Source of the DNA: Acutalibacteraceae bacterium
GTDB lineage: Bacteria; Bacillota; Clostridia; Oscillospirales; CAG-272
Reading direction: 5' to 3'
Assembly (NCBI GenBank): GCA_963618495.1
Contig: CAVESF010000009.1
Span: forward strand, 179-64,178
DNA: 64,000 bases
Shown piece after piece: positions 55,579 to 63,729 of this stretch. Each line of letters opens with the position of its first letter. Position 1 is the first letter of the stretch. The notes below the pieces were generated by a model. That model was given only the letters and a program-made list of their open reading frames with translations. It was not told the DNA's origin and searched no databases. Both the position numbers and the translations under genes were made by a program.

Positions 55579-57438
55579 ATGAAAAGATTTTTGGCATTAT
55601 TGCTCGCTTTGACATTTTCGCTTTTTTGCTTTGCGGGCTGTACGAAAATAGGTGAGGACGGAAACGGTGCGGAGATAGACATTTATCTCGGCACAAAACC
55701 GCTCAATCTTGACCCCGCTATCGCATATACGGATGAAAATGCGGTTCAGATACTGAATCTTATTTTCGAGGGACTTTTCAGACTTAATGCAAACGGTAAG
55801 CTTGAAAAGGCACTTTGCAAGAAGTATGAAGTATATGAAAATGCCCGCACAGGCATCAAGGAAATGAAGATAACCATCAATACCACACACTGGAGTGACG
55901 GTAGTGAGGTTCAGGCAAACGATATCGTTTATGCATGGCGCAGAATCCTTGACCCTGATTTCAATTCTCCCGCGGCTTCCATGCTTTATGCTATCCGCGG
56001 CGCAAAATCGGCAAAACTCGGTGAAATTTCCATTTATGATATCGGTGTTTATCCCTCTTCAAAGAATACTGTAGTCGTTGAATTTGAAGACGGTGCCGAT
56101 GTGGATGAATTTCTCTATAATCTCGCCAGCCCTGCGCTTGTTCCTCTCCGTGAGAACAAGATTTCCACATATAAGGACACATGGTCACGCAGCAGCACCG
56201 ACCTTTCCGCAAACGGTCCTTTCAGAGTAAGAAAGTTCTCGAGCGACCCCACGGAAATCCTTGTGCTTCAGCGCTCCAAGTATTACAAGCTCAATATCGT
56301 TACAAATACAGAGGCTGCCGATAAATTCGTTACGCCTTACCGTATAAATATTCATTTTGACCTGCCCGCCGATCTTACGGTGGTTTACCTCAAGGATGCG
56401 CAGGAGAGCGTTATGACAAAATATGCGGCAAAAGAGCTTTTCTACCTCTCGGGTATAACAAAAGCCGTTGCCGATGCAAATTCGCTCAAGTTCAAGACTG
56501 TAGATGCTTCTTCCACTTTCTCTTATATCTTCAACTGCAACAAGTCTTATTTTGCCGACGCAAAGGTAAGATATGCGCTTTCCATCGCACTTGACAGAGA
56601 ATATATGGCAGAGCTTGTCGGCATGGGTACAGAGGCGGCAACCTCGCTCCTCCCCTCTATGGTATTCAATACCAAGAAAGGTACTTCTTTCCAGAAAGAA
56701 AGCGGCGATGTTCTGCCCTCAACTTCTCAGCTTGATGAAGCAAAGCAGCTCATTTCCGAATCGGGTCTCAATCCGCAGTCACTCGGTCAGATAGAGGTTT
56801 ATTATCGCCTTGACCCCGTAAACGACAGTGCCGGTTCCGACCGTCTCGGCAACCAGAGCAAGGAAAGAGCTATCGCGCAGTATACAAAGACTGTCTGGGA
56901 AGAGCTCGGCTTCAATGTTGTTGTCCGTGGCGTCGGCGACGCCGAAATGGAGACAAGATACAATAACGGAAGCTATGATGTTATGGCGATAGATTTCAGC
57001 ATCGTTTCTCCTTATGCTTTCTATAATCTCGCGCAGTTTGCTCGCGAATACAGCGGTTCTTCCAAGCTTGTAATGGAAGGCGATGCGGACTTTGACAAGA
57101 GCCTCGGCAAGGAAAGATATTATATTTCTCTGCCTCATGCATGCGGTTATACAAGCGATGCTTTTGATGATCTTATCGAAAATGCTCACAAGGAAACCAA
57201 TGCAAAGGCAAGAGCACAGATTCTTCATGATGCGGAAAAGACGCTTCTTGAGGAAGGCGGTATTTGTCCTCTCGTATTCAATAAGACAAACTATATGTCG
57301 CAGGAAATAAGCGGTCTCAAGACAACTTTCTGGGGTACGGTTGATTTCAGAAAAGCCGACCTCAAGGATTACGAGAAGTACAATTTCGCAGAGACAACCT
57401 CTGAAAGCCAAGAAACAACGCAGACAGAAGAAAACTGA
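55579..57438 (+). CDS. ABC transporter substrate-binding lipoprotein, family 5 (peptide/nickel, OppA-like); no permease genes adjacent
   Basis: Lipobox FCFAGC, plus HWSDGSEVQANDIVYAWRRILDP, typical of SBP_bac_5. Confidence 0.85.
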   Translation: MKRFLALLLALTFSLFCFAGCTKIGEDGNGAEIDIYLGTKPLNLDPAIAYTDENAVQILNLIFEGLFRLNANGKLEKALCKKYEVYENARTGIKEMKITINTTHWSDGSEVQANDIVYAWRRILDPDFNSPAASMLYAIRGAKSAKLGEISIYDIGVYPSSKNTVVVEFEDGADVDEFLYNLASPALVPLRENKISTYKDTWSRSSTDLSANGPFRVRKFSSDPTEILVLQRSKYYKLNIVTNTEAADKFVTPYRINIHFDLPADLTVVYLKDAQESVMTKYAAKELFYLSGITKAVADANSLKFKTVDASSTFSYIFNCNKSYFADAKVRYALSIALDREYMAELVGMGTEAATSLLPSMVFNTKKGTSFQKESGDVLPSTSQLDEAKQLISESGLNPQSLGQIEVYYRLDPVNDSAGSDRLGNQSKERAIAQYTKTVWEELGFNVVVRGVGDAEMETRYNNGSYDVMAIDFSIVSPYAFYNLAQFAREYSGSSKLVMEGDADFDKSLGKERYYISLPHACGYTSDAFDDLIENAHKETNAKARAQILHDAEKTLLEEGGICPLVFNKTNYMSQEISGLKTTFWGTVDFRKADLKDYEKYNFAETTSESQETTQTEEN

Positions 57439-57589
57439 TTTCAAGTGAAAATAAAAACGGCGCTGGCTATCGCCTGCGCCGCAGCATGTCGAAACATAGG
57501 GGAAGCGTCACGAAACGTAGTGGAGTGGCGCTTCCCCTATGTTTCGGCGTCGCTTTTGCCTTTAAGCTCATCAATTCCGAGTACCTCCG

Positions 57590-57740
57590 GCAGTCGCATC
57601 TGTTTGCTGTATTGGATGTTTCGGAAGAAGCGGGAGTTAACACATATGCGAAGCGAACGCTGTCGGCGTCGCCGAGACAGTGTAGGGCTTGCTGCCGCCG
57701 GATAGAAGCATAAAGAATCTTTTCTCCTTTGGCGTGCTTT
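57590..57740 (+). repeat. Intergenic repeat locus R6 (W-type module plus the CATAAAGAA junction)
   Basis: GCGGGAGTTAACACATATGCG...GTCGGCGTCGCCGAGACAG...GCTTGCTGCCGCC...CATAAAGAA. Confidence 0.7.
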
Positions 57741-57760
57741 TCATTGACAAAAAACGCGCA

Positions 57761-57790
57761 CAAAAAAGAACCCTTGCGGGTTCTTTTTTG
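57761..57790. terminator. Bidirectional terminator hairpin AAGAACCC-TTGC-GGGTTCTT
   Basis: A-run and T-run flank an 8 bp stem. Lies between convergent genes. Confidence 0.8.
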
Positions 57791-57795
57791 TGCTT

Positions 57796-58023
57796 TCAGA
57801 GCCTGAAAATATCATCGTATGATACTCGCAGAATATTTTTTATCAGAATTATCTCATCGGGGTAGAGATGCCGCTGTCCCACTTCGATTTTTGCCACGGC
57901 ACTTCGGGTGATGTCACAGCCGCGGAGCTGCAGCTGTGCGGCGAGAATCTCTTGCGTCATACCTATGTTTTCACGCAATGAGCGAATGTTATTTCCGATC
58001 TTTTTTTCTATATTCCGATCCAT
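57796..58023 (-). CDS. XRE-family HTH transcriptional regulator
   Basis: 75 aa from the ATG at 58023, with IGNNIRSLRENIGMTQEILAAQL HTH_3. Confidence 0.8.
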   Translation of the reverse strand: MDRNIEKKIGNNIRSLRENIGMTQEILAAQLQLRGCDITRSAVAKIEVGQRHLYPDEIILIKNILRVSYDDIFRL

Positions 58024-58060
58024 CTTATCACCGTTCCGTTTTATTTTTTTAAAAAAGGTA

Positions 58061-58089
58061 TTGACAATAGTATACTTGTGTGATATACT
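58061..58089 (+). promoter_or_regulatory. Promoter of the small lipoprotein gene, with a palindromic operator candidate at 58095-58112
   Basis: TTGACA, 17 nt spacer, TGA-TATACT. Followed by TGCACTTATATAGGTGCA, an imperfect palindrome at about +1. Confidence 0.6.
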
Positions 58090-58149
58090 GTTTTTGCACT
58101 TATATAGGTGCAAATCAAACATATTAAAATTACAAAAGGAGAAACAGTT

Positions 58150-58485
58150 ATGAAAAAAATCGCACTTATCCTCGCAATCATCACAATTATTTCCTGCGTT
58201 TCGATACTGCTGACCGGTTGCGGCGGCGGTAGCAGCAAGCTTATCGGCACATGGGAGCTCGAAAACGGTAGTGAATTCTTGTTCAGCTCAAAAATCACAT
58301 TCAAAAGCGGCGGCAAATATGTTGAGGTAAACGATGCCGGTTTTGACAAAGAAGGAAAGTACAGCGTAAAGAGCGATACCGAGGTCGAAATAAACTATCT
58401 TACATACAATTATAAGATTGAGGGTGACACACTCACACTTTATAGTAGCATTGGCGGCGCATCCGCAACATATAAGAAAAAATAA
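58150..58485 (+). CDS. Small lipoprotein (lipocalin-like, GTWE motif)
   Basis: Lipobox LLTGCGG. The ATG at 58150 follows AAAGGAG. 111 aa. Confidence 0.7.
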   Translation: MKKIALILAIITIISCVSILLTGCGGGSSKLIGTWELENGSEFLFSSKITFKSGGKYVEVNDAGFDKEGKYSVKSDTEVEINYLTYNYKIEGDTLTLYSSIGGASATYKKK

Positions 58486-58518
58486 TTGACAATTTACCCC
58501 CCCAAGTGTTGACAAAAG

Positions 58519-58561
58519 GGTCGGCAGACGATACTTTCATGTATTGTCTGCCGACCTTTTT
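58519..58561 (+). terminator. Intrinsic terminator after the lipoprotein gene
   Basis: GGTCGGCAGAC / GTCTGCCGACC 11 bp stem plus TTTTT. Confidence 0.8.
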
Positions 58562-58572
58562 CCTGTACTATG

Positions 58573-58600
58573 CAAAAAAGAACCCGTGCGGGTTCTTTTC
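58573..58600. terminator. Second copy of the AAGAACCC-GTGC-GGGTTCTT hairpin
   Basis: Nearly identical to 57761-57790, with a single loop-base difference within the hairpin. Confidence 0.75.
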
Positions 58601-58608
58601 GTTTTAGA

Positions 58609-59193
58609 TCATTTTATGTTTTCTTTTATCCCGTCGGAAGAAAACATCTTTCCGACGGTCGCGAAGAGGATTTTCATATCTCCCGCGAAAGTGATGTTGT
58701 CCGTATATTTCGCGTCACACTCCGCTTTTTCCTCAAGAGTGGTTATCTTGTCGCAGCTTATCTGCGAAAGTCCTGTCAGCCCGGGCGCGGCTTTATATAC
58801 GCCGAGCTTCGTGCGCAGAGCATGTATTTCCTTTTCGTCCACTATGAGCGGACGCGCACCGACGATGCTCATATCGCCTTTGATTATATTGATAAGCTGA
58901 GGCAGTTCATCTATTCCCGTGCGGCGCAGGAACTTGCCGAAGCGGGAAACATATTCGTCATCGGGCAGGTCACGCGAGGGAAGCTCCGGCGCATGACTTT
59001 TCATAGTGCGGAATTTATATATCATAAAAGGCTTGCCGCCTTTTCCGATTCTTTTCTGCGTGAAGATAACGGGCGCACCCGATGTAAAAACGAGTATCAG
59101 CGTTACGATAAGCAGTAGCGGAAAGAGAATCACGGTAAGCAAAAGCGAAAATACAAAATCAAGTATTCGCTTTATATGCGGATAATATTTCAT
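58609..59193 (-). CDS. Small phosphoglycosyl (sugar) transferase, EpsL/PglC-like
   Basis: RILDFVFSLLL...PVIFTQKRIGKGGKPFMIYKFRTM...DELPQLINIIKGDMSIVGARP motifs. Confidence 0.9.
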   Translation of the reverse strand: MKYYPHIKRILDFVFSLLLTVILFPLLLIVTLILVFTSGAPVIFTQKRIGKGGKPFMIYKFRTMKSHAPELPSRDLPDDEYVSRFGKFLRRTGIDELPQLINIIKGDMSIVGARPLIVDEKEIHALRTKLGVYKAAPGLTGLSQISCDKITTLEEKAECDAKYTDNITFAGDMKILFATVGKMFSSDGIKENIK

Positions 59194-59217
59194 TATAATG
59201 TATCCTTCAAAAAAGGT

Positions 59218-60273
59218 TTATTTTCCGAGGCAAAGCGCGGCAAGCTCATCCGCGTCGGCTGTGGCAAGGCATTCCACCGTATCGGAGGCGCCGTAATAAA
59301 TTTTAACCTCGCCTGTCTCTTCAAGTATCATGCCGCCGGGGAATATTACATGCGTGCGGAAGCCGTCGTCTGTTTCCCAAGGCAGGTCGGGAGTGATTAT
59401 CGGCTTGTCATAAATGCCGAGCACCCTCTGCGGATTTTCAGCGTCAAGCAGAGCGATGCCCGCATGATAACGCTTCGTCCATTTCGTTTCCCAACCGTTT
59501 TTGCCGCGCGAGTCGTCGCGGTCTACGGCATGAATCGTCGTCAGCCAGCCGTATTTTGTCCTGACGGGCGGCGCACCGGGACCTATCTTGTCATTGGCAA
59601 ATGGTACATTTTCAACGCCCATGACAAATTTTGTCTCTCCCCAGTATTTCATATCGGGCGAGAATGACATATACATATCAAATCTGTCCTTGCCGCGGGA
59701 ATAAACAGGCATAGGACGCTCGAGGCGGACATATCTGCCGCCTGCTTTCTCGGGGAAAAGAACCATATTTCTGTTATCGGGCGCGGAGATGCTGAGCGCC
59801 TTGAAATGCGCGAAATCTTCCGTTACGGCTATTCCGCCGCAGACGCCGTGCGCCGTATCTACGGCGAAGCACATATATACGCGCCCGTCGATAACGGTAA
59901 GGCGCGGGTCATAAATGCGACGGATATTATCACCTATGTCTATTCCGTCCGGCAGATTGTCGGAGCCGAGTATCGGCTTGTCCGCAACAGTCCATTTTAT
60001 GCCGTCATCGCTTGTGGCAAAACCGAGATTTGTACCTTCAAAGCGGGTATTGCCCCACTCGCCGTAATCATTGCGGAAAACCATGACATATTTCCCCTGA
60101 TATTTTGTTACACCAGCATTGAAAACAAGTGTGGCATGATAGGGAACATCATCTTTTGTCAGTATCGGCTTGTCGTGCTTTTTGACAATTTCATTTACCT
60201 GCTTCATAAGGCTTGTCCTTTCGGAGAACGCATATTTCCCTCTTATTATATTATTTTTACCGCTTTCTGTCAA
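59218..60273 (-). CDS. GH130-family glycoside phosphorylase/hydrolase-like protein
   Basis: 351 aa five-bladed beta-propeller type, with VFNAGVTKYQGKYVMVFRND and DPRLTVIDGRVYM. Confidence 0.7.
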   Translation of the reverse strand: MTESGKNNIIRGKYAFSERTSLMKQVNEIVKKHDKPILTKDDVPYHATLVFNAGVTKYQGKYVMVFRNDYGEWGNTRFEGTNLGFATSDDGIKWTVADKPILGSDNLPDGIDIGDNIRRIYDPRLTVIDGRVYMCFAVDTAHGVCGGIAVTEDFAHFKALSISAPDNRNMVLFPEKAGGRYVRLERPMPVYSRGKDRFDMYMSFSPDMKYWGETKFVMGVENVPFANDKIGPGAPPVRTKYGWLTTIHAVDRDDSRGKNGWETKWTKRYHAGIALLDAENPQRVLGIYDKPIITPDLPWETDDGFRTHVIFPGGMILEETGEVKIYYGASDTVECLATADADELAALCLGK

Positions 60274-60401
60274 TGCGAAACCGGAGTGATTTTTATAATT
60301 TACATTACTTTTACATTTTTTCTGTTCACAAAAGGCAGTATATATGATAAAATTATCTCAATAACGAACCTGCGGGAGCAGGTTTTTTTCAGGGGAATAA
60401 A

Positions 60402-61073
60402 ATGCGAAATAAAAAAATCATTCTTTTTATAGCGATATTGCCGCTGGGCGCGACAAGCTTTTTTACGCTCATCGCCTGTCTGCTCCGTATGTTTTATTTT
60501 GATTTGCCGACATTTATGGCGGAATCATGGGGATTTTTTTACAGTGCCTCGTTCTTTGTCATGGATTTTGCCTTTTATTTTGCTATGGGCATTTTTGCGA
60601 TGCTTCTCATGTTCGGCGGCAAGAAACAAATCATTCTTTCATCCGTGCTCATGGCGGCTATCTATCCGATGAATCCGTTTCTGCAATATCTGATTCGTCA
60701 TCTCACGATTTCACATAAGCTTGATTCGGATGAGATGCAGGATTATTTTATGACTGATGTGACCTCATTTACGGTGAATCTGCTTTGCATAGGTCTGCTT
60801 GCCATCATCGCGCTTGTGATAAAGATAATCTTCCTGCGCGATAAGTGCGAAATCAAGGCTCATGTCCTGCCGAAAACGCCTGCTCTCTGCATATATACGG
60901 CGTATTTTGCCGTGATGATTGTCTCGGTTTTTGCAAACTTCATTATCGATGGAGCGTATATTCAGGAGCTGGGCAAAACCTGCCTCAATTCGCTTATATA
61001 TGTGGCGGGATATTTCGTCGCTTTCGGCGGTGCCGCGCTCGCCGCGCACGATTTGCGGCATCAGGCGGAGTGA
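60402..61073 (+). CDS. Hypothetical polytopic membrane protein
   Basis: 223 aa with about six hydrophobic segments. No family recognised. Confidence 0.5.
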   Translation: MRNKKIILFIAILPLGATSFFTLIACLLRMFYFDLPTFMAESWGFFYSASFFVMDFAFYFAMGIFAMLLMFGGKKQIILSSVLMAAIYPMNPFLQYLIRHLTISHKLDSDEMQDYFMTDVTSFTVNLLCIGLLAIIALVIKIIFLRDKCEIKAHVLPKTPALCIYTAYFAVMIVSVFANFIIDGAYIQELGKTCLNSLIYVAGYFVAFGGAALAAHDLRHQAE

Positions 61074-61094
61074 TATGTGAAAAGTGAATATTTG

Positions 61095-61129
61095 AAAAAA
61101 AACAAGCGGCGCCACCGCTTGTTTTTTTG
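61095..61129. terminator. Bidirectional intrinsic terminator
   Basis: A-run, ACAAGCGG / CCGCTTGT stem, T-run. Confidence 0.75.
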
Positions 61130-61169
61130 TGCTGAGAATTTCCCGGTGAAGGGTCGTCGATTGAAATTA

Positions 61170-61385
61170 ACCCATGATCCGCATATGTGTTAATTCCCCT
61201 GTCTCGGCGACGCCAACACACATGCTTTGCATATGTGTTAATTCCCGCTTTTTCTTTTGCTGATGCCGCCGCAAAAAGAAAAGCCGATTGGGAGATTTCG
61301 CCCTCTGCGGAGCGCCACAAAGGCTCAGCGCCTTTGAATGCGGCACCTTTTGAAAAAGGTGCACGAAAACTTTAATGCGTCGGGA
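61170..61385 (-). repeat. Intergenic repeat locus R7 (W, H and T modules)
   Basis: GCATATGTGTTAATTCCC occurs twice, followed by the H hairpin and the triple-hairpin T module ending in CGAAAACTTTAAT. Confidence 0.8.
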
Positions 61386-61404
61386 AAACATTGCTTATAG
61401 TGCG

Positions 61405-61435
61405 CAAAAACGGCATCGCTCAGATGCCGTTTTTG
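61405..61435. terminator. Terminator for the cysteine desulfurase gene (minus strand; also hairpin-competent on the plus strand)
   Basis: ACGGCATC GCTCA GATGCCGT flanked by A and T runs. Confidence 0.75.
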
Positions 61436-62578
61436 TTATTTTTCCGGTGCCGCTTTTTCAACCGCAAGGAGAAATCTATCCGCCTCATCGAGCGTATTGA
61501 AAACAGAAAAGCTTGCACGCACGGCGTCGCCGCCCGTGCCGAGCGTTTTATGAGCAAAAGGCGAGCAGTGCATCCCCGCACGCGTGCAGATTCCGCGTTC
61601 GGCAAGCTCCGCCGCGATGGCGGAAGCACGTCGCCTTTCCGAAGTGAAAAGCACAGTGCTTCCATCTTCGGCAGACGAAAGAAACACCCTGATATCGGGA
61701 ATGGCAAGCAGTCCGTCGCGCACCCTGCGATAAATTGCATTTTCATGTTCGCGGATGGTGGCGGTTGTTTTTGCTTTAACAAATTTCAGACCCTCACCCA
61801 GTCCCACAATACATTGCGTGGCGGGCGTTCCCGCTTCATATGATTCTGGCGCGTCATGCCCCATATCCATTTCCGCGGAATTCATCCCGTTTCCGCCAAA
61901 AACAGTCGGCGCAAGGAGCGAAAAATCAAAATCATCGGCAAAAATCGCCGCGCCGCTTCCCTGAGGACCATACAGTCCCTTATGACCGGGTACGCAAAGA
62001 ACGGAAATGTTGTCTTTTTTTATATCTATATCGTAAATTCCCGCGCTCTGCGCCGCGTCGACGATATAAATTATCCCGTGCTTTTTGCAGAGCGCACCGA
62101 TTTTTGCTATCGGTAAAATGTGCGGACAGATGTTTGATACGTGCAGAGTCACGATAACGCGTGTATACGGCGTTATTTTCTCCTCTATATTGCGTATTGT
62201 TTCATCGTCACTGCAAAGCGCATTGAATATCCCGTATGTGATAATGCCTTTTTCGGCAAGCGCACTGACGGGACGCGCAACGCTGTTATGCTCCAGATTT
62301 GAAATCAGAACATGATCGCGTTTTTGCAGAATACCGCCGAGCGCGAGATTTATCGCATGAGAGGTATTCATTGTGAAAATAACGTTTTCGGGCTTTGATA
62401 TGCCGAAAAATTCCGCCATATTCATGCGGCAATCATATATTGCCTCTGCGGCACGCATAGATATTCTGTGTCCGCTTCTGCCCGGATTTCCGCAATATTC
62501 CCGCATACAGCGCATCATTTCGCGCATAACTGAAGGCGGCTTCTGAAAGGTTGTGGCGGCATTGTCAAAATATATCAT
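61436..62578 (-). CDS. Class V aminotransferase / cysteine desulfurase family protein
   Basis: MIYFDNAATTFQKP N-terminus and the PGHKGLYGPQGSG PLP-lysine region. Confidence 0.85.
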   Translation of the reverse strand: MIYFDNAATTFQKPPSVMREMMRCMREYCGNPGRSGHRISMRAAEAIYDCRMNMAEFFGISKPENVIFTMNTSHAINLALGGILQKRDHVLISNLEHNSVARPVSALAEKGIITYGIFNALCSDDETIRNIEEKITPYTRVIVTLHVSNICPHILPIAKIGALCKKHGIIYIVDAAQSAGIYDIDIKKDNISVLCVPGHKGLYGPQGSGAAIFADDFDFSLLAPTVFGGNGMNSAEMDMGHDAPESYEAGTPATQCIVGLGEGLKFVKAKTTATIREHENAIYRRVRDGLLAIPDIRVFLSSAEDGSTVLFTSERRRASAIAAELAERGICTRAGMHCSPFAHKTLGTGGDAVRASFSVFNTLDEADRFLLAVEKAAPEK

Positions 62579-62634
62579 AAAATTCCTCTGAAAATCAAAA
62601 AATAATATCGGATGAGCTCAAAGCCCGAAAAATA

Positions 62635-62856
62635 TCACAGAATAACGATTCCGCCGTATGATATTCCCGCCTCGGCAAGAATATCAAGCGCGGCATTCAC
62701 CTTGAAAAATTCGATTTCCACTCCCGCACTGCACCCTCTCGGACTTTGCCCCGGGAGCAATTTTACCGTTTTTGCTTTTATACCTTTCCTGTTTAATAAT
62801 CGTGCCGCTTTTATTGCCATGGTGGGTGAACTTATTGTTATAACACGACGATTCAT
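62635..62856 (-). CDS. DUF3343-like small protein (putative S/Se carrier-like), upstream of the desulfurase
   Basis: About 73 aa from MNRRVITISSPTMAIKAARLL...RGCSAGVEI. A commonly seen gene pairing. Confidence 0.55.
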   Translation of the reverse strand: MNRRVITISSPTMAIKAARLLNRKGIKAKTVKLLPGQSPRGCSAGVEIEFFKVNAALDILAEAGISYGGIVIL

Positions 62857-63233
62857 TTTGTCTCCGTATATGCTCAGATAAAGCATATTCTTCATTTTTT
62901 CTTGCGGAAAAGTCTTCTTCCGCTACTCTATTATATGCTGTGGCGTTTGCTTTTGCCCAAAGAAAAAATTGCTTTATTTTCCCACTTATAAAAAATACAA
63001 AGCATCAGATAATAAGACCAGAACAAACGACACAAGTCATTTGTTCGGTAGTGTTCTCCCGAACAATGGCAATGCGGCAAAAAGAAACAGCGCCATCCCG
63101 AGCCTGTAAAGCAAAGGATGGAAAAGCTTCGGAAATATCCGATGAAAGCTGTTTTGACAGGCGTGGCGCCGTTACTCTCGGGGAATGCAAAAAAAGTTTA
63201 TGTTGATTTTCAAAATCTGAGGAGAAAATAAAA

Positions 63234-63488
63234 ATGGCAAGCAAGAAGAATATTGTCCCCGAGGCAAAGGAAGCTCTCAATAGGTTTAAGATGGAAGCTG
63301 CAAACGAAGTCGGCGTTAACCTCAAGCAGGGTTATAATGGCGATCTCACATCCAAGCAGGCTGGTTCCGTAGGCGGTCAGATGGTTAACAATATGAACCC
63401 CATACGAACTATGAAATTCGACCGTCACAACAGAATATCACAGGGACACAAAATAACCGTCAGGTACTCGTTTTCCCTTACCGTATAA
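63234..63488 (+). CDS. Alpha/beta-type small acid-soluble spore protein with an atypical C-terminal tail
   Basis: VPEAKEALNRFKMEAANEVGV...YNGDLTSKQAGSVGGQMV matches the SASP core. GGAG RBS. Confidence 0.8.
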   Translation: MASKKNIVPEAKEALNRFKMEAANEVGVNLKQGYNGDLTSKQAGSVGGQMVNNMNPIRTMKFDRHNRISQGHKITVRYSFSLTV

Positions 63489-63613
63489 GACATTTGGAAT
63501 ATCAGTACATAATTTTTAATTATTGCCTGAGTATAAAATCCCTTGTTTGCGCATATACTGATTATGGGAGAAAATCCCGCCGGGGAAATGAAATGTTTTT
63601 TCGATAAAGGGTA

Positions 63614-63642
63614 TTGCATTTTCTTCGGAAGTATGGTATAAT
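63614..63642 (+). promoter_or_regulatory. Promoter upstream of the DUF3800 gene
   Basis: TTGCAT, 17 nt spacer, TGG-TATAAT. It shares a 20-mer with the promoter at 51977-52005. Confidence 0.65.
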
Positions 63643-63687
63643 ACAAACGAATAAGATGGGCTGGTCTCCGGACCCGGGTCCACCTGC

Positions 63688-63716
63688 GGCGGGGATGTTC
63701 CCCGCCATTTTTATTT
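63688..63716 (+). terminator. Terminator-like hairpin inside the DUF3800 5' leader
   Basis: GGCGGGG ATGTT CCCCGCC followed by ATTTTTATTT, ending a few nt before the AAAGGAG RBS. Confidence 0.6.
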
Positions 63717-63729
63717 GAAAGGAGTGTAA

